Assembly (NCBI GenBank): GCA_963682135.1
Contig: OY821645.1
Location: forward strand, 1-64,000
Length of the DNA: 64,000 nucleotides
Source of the DNA: Methanothrix sp.
GTDB lineage: Archaea; Halobacteriota; Methanosarcinia; Methanotrichales; Methanotrichaceae
Direction: 5' to 3'
The notes under the pieces were generated by a model. That model saw nothing but the letters and a program-made list of their open reading frames with translations. It was not told the origin of the DNA and did not search any database. Made by a program: the position numbers and the translations under genes. This document shows positions 30,323 through 38,713 of the stretch, one piece after another (position 1 is the first letter of the stretch; every line of letters begins with the position of its first letter).

Positions 30323-30418
30323 TCAGTCTTTCAGCTCATCCTCGATGCGCCGGAACTGCTCTAGCGCAGTCTTCTGGCTCTCCACGATCTCCAGCTCCAG
30401 AGCCACATGATTTGGCAT
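30323..30418 (-). pseudogene. Remnant resembling the C-terminus of a type I R-M HsdM
   Basis: MPNHVALELEIVESQKTALEQFRRIEDELKD*, similar to the HsdM tail LAxEIVExLxxALEQF. Confidence 0.5.
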
Positions 30419-30505
30419 GTTATTTCCAATCCACCAGTCGGACCTCATAGAGCTCTGTGAGACAAATATTTAATCCAGGAGACTGAATTGTTAAAGGGTG
30501 GCATC

Positions 30506-30694
30506 ATGCTTGTTAAGGCGGTTTATGAAAACAATATCCTAAGGCCATTAGAGAAGCTTGACCTCAAGGAGGGAGACGTGGTCGATATTGAGGTAAAAAA
30601 GGATGCAGTAGATCGATTAGGTGGCCTGGTTAAGATCTCCCAAAGAGATGTTGTCGATGAGATAATAGAAAGCCCTGAGCTGGAGCCGATCTGA
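30506..30694 (+). CDS. AF2212-like (DUF104) antitoxin, paralog of 29486
   Basis: VKAVYENNILRPLEKLDLKEGDVVDI...DEIIESPELEPI. Confidence 0.88.
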   Translation: MLVKAVYENNILRPLEKLDLKEGDVVDIEVKKDAVDRLGGLVKISQRDVVDEIIESPELEPI

Positions 30695-31191
30695 TGCAAA
30701 ATGCACTCCGACCAGGGATGATAATTTTTATTGACGCAAATATATTTCTGTATAAGATCCTGGAACATTGGAAATATGCACAACCGTGCACTGAATTCCT
30801 AAAGGATGTCAATTATGGCAAGTATTCCGGCGTTACTTCCGTATTCGTATGTAATGAAGTATTTCACAGAGTTATGTTCGCAGAGCTTTTTGAGAAGTAC
30901 AACATTGAAGCCAAGCATGCTATAAAATATCTCAAAGATAATCCAGAAGTAATAAAAGAATTGTGCGCAGCCAGGGAGGCCATTGAGAATATTTCGCAGA
31001 TCGACAACCTCATAGTAATAGGAGTCGGAAGAGATGTTTTGCATCTAGCCTTAGCGTTCTCTCAGAAGTACGGGCTTCTTTCGACAGATGCGATTCATGC
31101 TGCGACGATGAAAACGGAAGGATTGAGCATTTTGGCTTCGAACGACCGGGATTTTGAGAGGGTGGACTGGTTGAAACTCTGGAAGCCCTGA
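30694..31191 (+). CDS. VapC PIN-domain toxin, paralog of 29681
   Basis: IFIDANIFL, EVFHR, TDAIHAA, ASNDRDF. Confidence 0.9.
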   Translation: MQNALRPGMIIFIDANIFLYKILEHWKYAQPCTEFLKDVNYGKYSGVTSVFVCNEVFHRVMFAELFEKYNIEAKHAIKYLKDNPEVIKELCAAREAIENISQIDNLIVIGVGRDVLHLALAFSQKYGLLSTDAIHAATMKTEGLSILASNDRDFERVDWLKLWKP

Positions 31192-31260
31192 ATTGCAGGG
31201 TCTCCGTGATTGGACGCTCAGCTAAATCTTTGGGATTCGCATCAGCGCAGCCTTGCGGTC

Positions 31261-31375
31261 TCGCTTCGCATTCACGTGCGCTGCCTTCGCATGCGGGGCC
31301 GCTCGTGGATGGCTGGCCGCTCGCCCGAGGGCGTGCCTGCATGCACGTGGGCTGTCGCTAAGGGGCCGGGCCGGG
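31261..31375 (+). repeat. GC-rich intergenic element, copy H (most complete 5' half)
   Basis: TTCACGTGCGCTGCCTTCGCATGCGGGGCCGCTCGTGGATGGCTGGCCGCTCGCCCGAGGGCGTGCCTGCATGCACGTGGGCTGTCGCTAAGGGGCCGGG. Confidence 0.85.
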
Positions 31376-31463
31376 TTGTACTCAGCTCTCATCTTTAAGC
31401 TCACATGCTTCGTCCCTTTGCACCAGTTCTTTGGGTTAGGTTTTTCCCCGTCAAAATGGTTAT

Positions 31464-32303
31464 TCAAGTTGTGTTTTGTCCAAATAGTTCGTCCAATGTG
31501 CGGTTTTGAGATTTCCTAGGAAGTTCGGGTTGCTTGGGTGGATAATATAAACCGACTATCAGCCAAGTAGGAAATTGAGAGAATGTTCCAACATAGAAAT
31601 AAAGGTCGCTGCCCAACATAGATTTATAATATTGATCTTGCAGTTTCTCCCAAAGCAAATCCAAGTCACCGTACCACATCCCCCAGCGTCTGTAGGATTC
31701 AAACAGCTCCCAATCCTCGCATTGAATGTTATGCTCTTTTCCTTTCAGACATCCATTGCATCTGAATCTATAGCCGAATAGGTGAGGGATTTCTTCTATA
31801 TCCGGAATCTTTGTCCCAAAAAGAGATTGCTGAAATACCTTCGGATCCTGATAAATCTGCAGGTCTCCTTTTTTATAAAACTCAAAGACTTCTGCGGGCT
31901 TTATCAGACCAATCGATGTTCTATCGTCATTAAATTTGGCTTGAAGATCTTCGAGAGACGGCGCGACATGACTGAGCAGTAACCTATTGCGCTCATTCCA
32001 GTCCACTCTTCCTTTGATTTTCCTCAAGCTGAGGTTTCTGTCGACGATTTTCAAAGAGGCATCTCTGATGCGATAGCTTTCTTTGCGGCTCAGCTTTTCT
32101 TCTGCTCTTTTGCATTCTACTTCTATCCAATCATATTTTCTGAGCTTTTGCGGTCCCGAAAAAACATTGAACGGAACCGGATAGAGGCGAATCCAGTCAC
32201 CTTCTTCTGTGAGACCTATGGTGCATACGACCTGGCCATATTTTTTGCTCTTTTCGGGATATGCGGTTACGGTGACCAGTACTCGTTTCTTTTGCCAGGT
32301 CAT
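31464..32303 (-). CDS. DUF488-associated conserved protein (dual OB-like)
   Basis: VTVTAYPEKSKKYGQVVCTIG...WIRLYPVPF; CEDWE; coupled to the DUF488 gene. Confidence 0.6.
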   Translation of the reverse strand: MTWQKKRVLVTVTAYPEKSKKYGQVVCTIGLTEEGDWIRLYPVPFNVFSGPQKLRKYDWIEVECKRAEEKLSRKESYRIRDASLKIVDRNLSLRKIKGRVDWNERNRLLLSHVAPSLEDLQAKFNDDRTSIGLIKPAEVFEFYKKGDLQIYQDPKVFQQSLFGTKIPDIEEIPHLFGYRFRCNGCLKGKEHNIQCEDWELFESYRRWGMWYGDLDLLWEKLQDQYYKSMLGSDLYFYVGTFSQFPTWLIVGLYYPPKQPELPRKSQNRTLDELFGQNTT

Positions 32304-33124
32304 AGGTCGATTACCTCGACTCCGCTTTCCCTGAGTCGCTCTGCGATTACGCCTCTGTGGCAGTACTTTACATCCTTCTCAAAGCACATCAAGGATACTT
32401 TTTTATTTTGGCTGATTGATTTTATTCTCTCCAGATAGTCCATTTTAGTCTCAATTTCCTGTCTGTAGCTGGCAAAGAGAGCTTGATAGTCCTCATAAGA
32501 ATTGAGACTCTTCCGGGAGTCGCTGGGGATGCCAAGTTCAGGCATGTGGATGTAATCGATGCCCATTTTCTCCAAGTAACTTTTTAATTTATTTCGATGA
32601 AATCCAAATTTCATGCTGTAGGCATTTCTTCTCACGTCTGCGACTATGCCTATCTTATTTTTTATCAGCTCATAAAGGAATTTATCGATTGTCTTTCCCT
32701 CGTAGCCTATGGTCACAATACCGGATGAATTCCTATCGTATTCCATCTTTTTCTTGTACTGGCTGAAAATCGTGAATTCGGGATGCTCCTCATAAATATA
32801 ATCCAGCAGCATCTTGTCGTCGAGGGCGGAAAATCTCTCCGAGTTCATGCGAACTACATTTTTTATCTTGAGATCGAGCGAGGGAAGTTCTGCCGTTAAT
32901 AAATGCACAGAATCGTCATCGATAGATACAAAACCTTCTCTTTGCAAATGTGATAGATCATGATAAAGCTGAAAGGAGAATGGTCCGTACTTGTATGGTA
33001 CAAAGTAATAGAGCGGTATTCTCTTTGAGACCAGGAACATGAGCTTGACGAGGCGAAGCTTTGACATATTATTTTTATTATTATTTAAAAGATAGATAAT
33101 ACCTTTTTCTCCGCTGGTCAGCAT
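32300..33124 (-). CDS. wHTH (SocA/YwgA-like) fused DUF488 protein
   Basis: LVKLMFL...YKYGPFS N-domain; TIGYEG, ADVRR, ELGIP, LMCFEKDVKYCHR; RBS GAGGTGA. Confidence 0.85.
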   Translation of the reverse strand: MLTSGEKGIIYLLNNNKNNMSKLRLVKLMFLVSKRIPLYYFVPYKYGPFSFQLYHDLSHLQREGFVSIDDDSVHLLTAELPSLDLKIKNVVRMNSERFSALDDKMLLDYIYEEHPEFTIFSQYKKKMEYDRNSSGIVTIGYEGKTIDKFLYELIKNKIGIVADVRRNAYSMKFGFHRNKLKSYLEKMGIDYIHMPELGIPSDSRKSLNSYEDYQALFASYRQEIETKMDYLERIKSISQNKKVSLMCFEKDVKYCHRGVIAERLRESGVEVIDL

Positions 33125-33219
33125 ATCATGTCACCTCGCAGTGATATAATCAAACCATTAAATATAAGTCTTTTTGCCGTGGCCGGGGCGAAAGTGATGG
33201 CATGCCTCTCTTGCGTCTC

Positions 33220-33530
33220 GGACGCGGGGCCGCTCGTGGACGGCTGGCCGCCCGCTTGAGGGCGCGCCCGTGCGCGTGGTCCACGGCTGATGGGCAGGGG
33301 CAGGCGGCGGTGATCCGGCGGGCGGGAGGGCCTGACGTGGAAAGCTTGGGTGGATCGGGATGAGTGTGGGGCAGGTTCTGGGATCGCTGATCTCAGTTGG
33401 TGGCGGCTCGTGGACGGCTGGACGCCCGCCTGCACGCGCTCCCACCAGCGCCCGTGCGCCCACACGTGGGCTGACTCGCTCAGTTGACTGGTGCCCTCGG
33501 GCTGCTTATCTGGATTGGAGATCTTAATTT
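33220..33530 (+). repeat. GC-rich intergenic element, two tandem copies (33220-33360, 33403-33530)
   Basis: Both contain GCTCGTGGACGGCTGG; first ends GGAAAGCTTGGG like copy B, second ends GGTGCCCTCGGGCTGCTT like copy C. Confidence 0.8.
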
Positions 33531-33784
33531 GGTAGTTGCAGATCTCCGCCAAAATGTTGGTGCCCTTTCGATTGCCTGGCCTCTTTACTTAACTCTGATT
33601 GGATAAATTTCTCTGCTCTGTCGATGAGAAGCTCACTAAATAGGGATCGAGCTTTAGTGGTACCCTTACAAGCGTAATAATGCTACATCCCATCAGCCTA
33701 ATTAGGAACATACCATAAAAGTCTTATTATAATTTGATAAAAAAGTTGGAAAGTAGAGTAAAATTAAAAGTTGATATGCTGGCA

Positions 33785-36007
33785 CTAACTTTTGCATACC
33801 TCTTCCAAAAATATTTTAATTTCATTATCGATTTCACCTTCTGCCATCAAAGCAGCTAATCTTTCTCCGTCTTTGACTTTGTTAAATCTTGTGCCATATT
33901 TTCTACATACATTGTCTATCAAGATATCTCCAGGAACGATTGATAATCTCATTGTCTCCCAATTACTATTCACAAAATTCTTTTGTGCATCATAAATTTC
34001 GTCAATTCTTTTATCTTTTTCCTCTAATATTTTGATCATTCTTTGGATATCAGCAGAGACTCTATCCTTCATCATCGGTTCGTCCATGTTTTCAAAATCA
34101 AAATCTTTCGTCGGATGGATGGGGGAGAATATTCGCAAAAATATACGCTTGTTAATTGCAAATTGCTTCAATTGATTTGCACTCTCAATTATGTCTTCTT
34201 TAATTTTATCTTCATTAGGCAATTCTTCTGATTTGCCTGAAGTATCTTGTTTTAATTTTATAAACTCCCTGAGTACACGCGGATGAATTAGATAATTTTC
34301 TAATTCCCGTTTGCTCAATACTTTCAGAATAGCTCTTCCATTTAGCATTTTTCGCATTTTATCAAAATAATCATCTTCTCTTTCATCCCTATCAAGCAAA
34401 AAACAAATTCCAACTCTGCGTTTTGTTAAAAATGATAAAGTATCTTCTGCGGCATAATAAGCAAAATTTCTCACGCCACTCATGCGAATAAATCCTACAT
34501 TATATTGACCCAAGTTGAATTCCAATTTTGACGCCAATTCCCGAAGAACGTTTTCATCAGAAGGGCCTTCGACAAAAACAAGCTTATCATACATGAATAG
34601 GGAACTCAGTCTTATACCTAGCTCGTTCGGAATCTTAGCTTCTGCTTCTTCGAGATTTAGGAGTTCAACTGATGTTGCGGTTGTTTTAGATACTAAATAT
34701 ATATTTTTCATTTCTGCAGTATCTAGAAAGTTCGTCGAATGAGTTGTGATAAATATCTGACAGCTTTCACTTTTTCGCTTTAGATATTGCATCATACTCG
34801 TTTCAAGCGAGGGATGCAAATGCACCTCTGGTTCCTCAACTAGAAGGACATCCGGATGTAGAAATTCTACATCTAGTATTATCCTTAAAGCCTCTCTGAT
34901 ACCAGAACCGTTTGCTTGAACCAAAAAATCACCAACATCTAGTTCCGCAGGCACTTCCGATCTGCGTGATGAGACACTACCTTGAAATGCGTCAATGCTT
35001 ACACCAAGCAATGTCAAAACAGTCTCCTGAATATTGCGAAGAACAATCGATCCACCTCTGCGTACTTTTAGATCTAATAGCCTAGCTGCTTCATCCTCAC
35101 CTATCGGTTTGCGTCTTTCTGTAAGATTAAGTACTTTGGTTCTTGATATACTCAACAATAGATTGGAGATGTATTTTGGTATAGACGCCTCTTCGCCTGC
35201 GAACGATGTTATCTTATTTCTTAACTCTTCTTTTTGAATTGCTGTAAACTCTTCACCAAGGAATGATGAAATATTTTCTAAACTCTTGCTAAACTCTTCA
35301 TATGTCTTAGAACTTCGAACAATTGAATAAATCTCGTCTCTGATTTTTTCACTTGATCCAGAAACCAAATCTCTGGTATAATATTTAAAATAGTTTTGAT
35401 CTTCAGATAAGCGACGCCAATCACCAGGTTCTATTCGTTTAGTGAGATTCTCTATGCTCTTGATATCTTCGTCAAGTTGGCGTGATCTAGATAAGTTGTC
35501 TCTAAGTTCGATCGAAGCGTTATAATTAATGCTAAGTAAAATATTTTTTTTATCTAAAGTTACATTTTCTTTGGATTTTATTAATGCTAATTCGCTAACA
35601 AAGCTAAACGGAGAACTCGAGGGATTGATATTAATGGTTGCAGATAGTATCGATATGTCTATTCCCTCAACTGCGGTTTTCATTTGAGGAGTTTCTTTTA
35701 TAATATTTTGTTTCAATTGATCGATTTCATAGACTGTGAGCACGAAATATATCGTAACTTCTATCGGTAATTTTCTTACATCTCTCGGATTAGAAGTCTT
35801 ATAAAAATCAATTTCTCTGCCAATTGGTGGATTTAAATTTACAAAACTGCCTTCATCAATACAGGAGAAAAAGGCATTGATTGCTGAAAGAATATTAGAT
35901 TTCCCCGAATTGTTTTTCCCTATCAATACATTGAATCCATCGCAATTGTTTAATGCTAATGTTTCAATGCTTCGATAATTTTTTATTACTATTGTATCTA
36001 GTTTCAT
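33785..36007 (-). CDS. OLD-family ABC ATPase-TOPRIM nuclease
   Basis: GKNNSGKS, LLVEEPEVHLHP, ITTHS, FVEGPSDE, LLDRD; very AT-rich. Confidence 0.9.
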   Translation of the reverse strand: MKLDTIVIKNYRSIETLALNNCDGFNVLIGKNNSGKSNILSAINAFFSCIDEGSFVNLNPPIGREIDFYKTSNPRDVRKLPIEVTIYFVLTVYEIDQLKQNIIKETPQMKTAVEGIDISILSATININPSSSPFSFVSELALIKSKENVTLDKKNILLSINYNASIELRDNLSRSRQLDEDIKSIENLTKRIEPGDWRRLSEDQNYFKYYTRDLVSGSSEKIRDEIYSIVRSSKTYEEFSKSLENISSFLGEEFTAIQKEELRNKITSFAGEEASIPKYISNLLLSISRTKVLNLTERRKPIGEDEAARLLDLKVRRGGSIVLRNIQETVLTLLGVSIDAFQGSVSSRRSEVPAELDVGDFLVQANGSGIREALRIILDVEFLHPDVLLVEEPEVHLHPSLETSMMQYLKRKSESCQIFITTHSTNFLDTAEMKNIYLVSKTTATSVELLNLEEAEAKIPNELGIRLSSLFMYDKLVFVEGPSDENVLRELASKLEFNLGQYNVGFIRMSGVRNFAYYAAEDTLSFLTKRRVGICFLLDRDEREDDYFDKMRKMLNGRAILKVLSKRELENYLIHPRVLREFIKLKQDTSGKSEELPNEDKIKEDIIESANQLKQFAINKRIFLRIFSPIHPTKDFDFENMDEPMMKDRVSADIQRMIKILEEKDKRIDEIYDAQKNFVNSNWETMRLSIVPGDILIDNVCRKYGTRFNKVKDGERLAALMAEGEIDNEIKIFLEEVCKS

Positions 36008-36019
36008 TTATTACATCTG

Positions 36020-36730
36020 GAGTGCGGAGGGTCACGAATACCCCAACCTTCAGGTTGGGGATGAAGTGAACCCTCGCCGTTTTTTGCGTTAATTCATATC
36101 GATCAACCGTTGCTTCTTTTAAAATGAAATCGTATTTGGCACTTTAGCCACAGGTGGTGCCACCCACCTATGGCTAGGATGTGATAAGCGTTGGAATTGC
36201 GCAGTTTTAGCCATGGCTATGGTCAAATTACCTACCACATCGTACTGGTGCCAAAGTATCGATACAAGATATTCTATGATAAGCGAGTTAAAAAGGATTG
36301 CGAGCTAATTCTCATCAATATTTGCATGGAGCAAGGCTATAAAATTCATGCAATGGAAATTGTAGACGATCATGTTCACTTGTTTCTGGAATTCCACCCG
36401 AGCTCTTCTCTATCAAGAGTCGTTCAATTTTTGAAAGGAGGTAGTTCATATAGAATGTTCAAGCTTCATCCCGAATTGAAAAAAAGATATTGGGGCGGAA
36501 GCTTGTGGTCAAGTGGCAAATTCTTTCGATCCGTCGGAAATGTGACTGCTGACACAATAAAGCACTATATTAAGGAATCTCAGGGGAAAACAAAAGCAGA
36601 ATCGCAATTTTGCAGATCAAAGGAATCTGGGCAAAGAAGGCTCGATGATTTCTGATCTCCAGCTAACTGGGCGTGCGTGCGGCCCGAAGCATACCCCATC
36701 CCTTTAGGGTGGGGTGGCCGCACGCAGTTT
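36020..36730 (+). mobile_element. IS200-type element (tnpA only); ends approximate
   Basis: Hairpins CCCCAACCT-TC-AGGTTGGGG (36041-36060) and ACCCCATCCC-TTTA-GGGTGGGGT enclosed by perfect TGCGTGCGGCC/GGCCGCACGCA (36674-36726). Confidence 0.85.
36191..36655 (+). CDS. tnpA: IS200/IS605 HUH (Y1) transposase
   Basis: YHIVLVPKYR, DHVHL, LKGGSS, LWSSGKF, HYI. Confidence 0.95.
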   Translation: MELRSFSHGYGQITYHIVLVPKYRYKIFYDKRVKKDCELILINICMEQGYKIHAMEIVDDHVHLFLEFHPSSSLSRVVQFLKGGSSYRMFKLHPELKKRYWGGSLWSSGKFFRSVGNVTADTIKHYIKESQGKTKAESQFCRSKESGQRRLDDF

Positions 36731-36777
36731 GATTCTCACTCCAATTAAAATATGTTATTCGGAAAAAAATGGCAAAA

Positions 36778-37788
36778 TTATCCCATCTTCTCCCTCACCG
36801 GCGCCAGTATCTCGTTCATGCTCTCTGCACATGCCTTCTTGAGATCCATGGGGTGCAGCGCCCCGCTTACGAAGTCCGCCTCCAGCGTCTCGTAATTCTG
36901 GTAAGAAACATCCCCGCCGAACTTGGCCGGCCTCTTGATGGTCATCCCTTCCTCAATCCTGGGGAAGACATGATACTTGCATATGGCCAGCACTGCATTG
37001 TTCTCCACAATCTTGGCCGGACAAAATGCGCTCTTGATCTTCTTCTCGACGTCGGCAGCCGGCTCGTCCACTGCAATGTTGTTGCCCTTGGAGGAGGACA
37101 TCTTCTCGCCGTTCAGACCGGGGATGAGAGGCGTGTGCATGCACACCGGCGCGGGCAGGCCCAGCCGGGGCAGCTCCTCACGGGCCAGCATGTGAATCTT
37201 TCTCTGGTCAATGCCGCCTACTGCCAGGTCGATCTTGAGGTCGGCAATGTCGATGGCCTGCATGAGCGGGTAAATCATCTGGGAGACCATGGGGTTCTCG
37301 GCATTTCTGCTGACCTCGTCCATGCTTCTCCTGGCCCGGTTGAGAGTGGTATTCCTGGCCATCTGCAAGATCTTGAGCATATAATCCGGCTTGAGCTGAT
37401 AGTCGGTTCCGTAAACAAACTCCGTCCTCTCCGGGTCCAGGCCCAGAGCCATGAAGCAGTCCCGGTTGTAGTCGGCAATCTTTCGCACCTCTTCCAGGGT
37501 GCCCTTCTCGTTGAGGAAGGCATGCAGATCGGCTAAGAGGACGACGACGTCAAAGCCCACCTTCTGCAGGTCCAGGAGCTTGTTGGCCGTGAGCATGTGG
37601 CCCAGATGCACCTTGCCGCTCGTCTCGTAGCCCACATAAGCGCGCGGCCTGCGGCTCTGCTCCAAAAGGCCCTTGAGTTCGTCTACCGTCACTATCTCTT
37701 CTGTATTTCTCATCACCAGCTCAAGCTTATCCAATGCACATTCACCACCCTCACAGAGGAATGGGGATGTATAATGCTTTTGGTTCAT
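36778..37788 (-). CDS. tyrS: Tyrosine--tRNA ligase
   Basis: AYVGYETSGKVHLGH, YPLMQAID, GGIDQRKIH, KMSSS. Confidence 0.96.
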   Translation of the reverse strand: MNQKHYTSPFLCEGGECALDKLELVMRNTEEIVTVDELKGLLEQSRRPRAYVGYETSGKVHLGHMLTANKLLDLQKVGFDVVVLLADLHAFLNEKGTLEEVRKIADYNRDCFMALGLDPERTEFVYGTDYQLKPDYMLKILQMARNTTLNRARRSMDEVSRNAENPMVSQMIYPLMQAIDIADLKIDLAVGGIDQRKIHMLAREELPRLGLPAPVCMHTPLIPGLNGEKMSSSKGNNIAVDEPAADVEKKIKSAFCPAKIVENNAVLAICKYHVFPRIEEGMTIKRPAKFGGDVSYQNYETLEADFVSGALHPMDLKKACAESMNEILAPVREKMG

Positions 37789-37837
37789 GTCATGTCATAG
37801 GAAAAACAATTAATACTACCGTTGTTGATGGTCAGGC

Positions 37838-38020
37838 ATGCAAAGGCGTAATTTTAGCCTGCCGCGCCCAGCCTTAAGCCGTGAGAAGAATCTGGTCCTG
37901 ATATTGCTGGCTGTTTTAACAGCCGTGATACTCTGGAACACCTTCTGGTGGTTGATGCGCATTGTGCTTTTCGTAGTGGTAGTCTATGCGATTTATCAGA
38001 TCCTAAAGCACTACGTCTGA
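37838..38020 (+). CDS. Small two-TM membrane protein
   Basis: 60 aa hydrophobic ORF divergent from tyrS. Confidence 0.5.
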   Translation: MQRRNFSLPRPALSREKNLVLILLAVLTAVILWNTFWWLMRIVLFVVVVYAIYQILKHYV

Positions 38021-38713
38021 AACATTGCATTCATGTTTGCAAAAATATTGATGCTTTTTGCAGTTCGGCCAGAGCATTCTGGCCTCTTCCAGATCTTCTC
38101 TCGTATTCAGATTAAAGAAGCTGAGAAGATCCGGGTCAATAGGACGCAGCAGATCCACAAGAATTCGTTTGATGCTTAGCTCCTGTAGCGGCGCATGAAT
38201 TCTGCGCTCAGCCCTCTCCAGAGCTCTCTCGCAGGCGGAAAGCATTTTCTCCCGGTGGTAAACGCAGTGAAGCGGCTCGAAAAATCCGTTAGGCTGCACC
38301 GGGACTGCCGCATCATAGCTTTTTTCATCTTCATATTCATTTTCTTCGACCAGCTCGAAGAGTCTCTCTATAACCTGGGGGTTTAAAAATGGAAGGTCGC
38401 ATCCCGTGGCGAAGGCAAAATCCCCACGGGCTTTCTTCATCCCGGCAGAGAGGCCGGCCACCGGCCCAAATCCCGCCACGCGATCCCAGGTGAAGACGAC
38501 TCCCGTCTCAGACTGAAGGGCAAAATGCGAGATCATCTCTTGCAGATGCTCGGCATGGGCCTCATCCCGGGCCACTACTACTACTTCATCTGCAGCCTGA
38601 AAGAGCTTCTCCGCCGTCCAGCAGATCAGTGGCCTATTCTCGAACTCCAGGAGTGCCTTTTCCGCTCCCAGGCGGCGACCATTGCCGCCAGCCAATATCA
38701 CTGCTGAGCGCAT
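38003..38713 (-). CDS. mobA: Molybdenum cofactor guanylyltransferase
   Basis: ILAGGNGRRLGAEKA, GPVAG, CDLPF, EPLHCVY, FFNLNT. Confidence 0.92.
   Translation of the reverse strand: MRSAVILAGGNGRRLGAEKALLEFENRPLICWTAEKLFQAADEVVVVARDEAHAEHLQEMISHFALQSETGVVFTWDRVAGFGPVAGLSAGMKKARGDFAFATGCDLPFLNPQVIERLFELVEENEYEDEKSYDAAVPVQPNGFFEPLHCVYHREKMLSACERALERAERRIHAPLQELSIKRILVDLLRPIDPDLLSFFNLNTREDLEEARMLWPNCKKHQYFCKHECNVSDVVL

Noticed and set aside
24246-33530. GC-rich repeats as a CRISPR array or classical attC sites
   Set aside because: Copies are long, degenerate and separated by whole genes; no cas genes, no consistent RYYYAAC/GTTRRRY cores, no IntI, and cassettes lie in both orientations.
24206-33552. 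ORF-track ORFs over the GC-rich spacers (e.g. 24206-24433, 25615-25863, 29070-29528, 31010-31342, 33118-33552)
   Set aside because: Arg/Pro/Ala-rich translations of non-coding GC-rich repeats with few stops; no RBS or family motifs.
33785-36007. Gabija system
   Set aside because: No GajB/UvrD helicase next to the OLD nuclease.
36669-36690. IS200 right-end sequence GGGCGTGCGTGC resembling repeat copy H (GGGCGTGCCTGC), suggesting TnpA made the repeats
   Set aside because: Only an 11/12 match in GC-rich DNA, and the repeats lack the CCCC-TTYA-GGGG hairpin; too weak without a genome-wide test.
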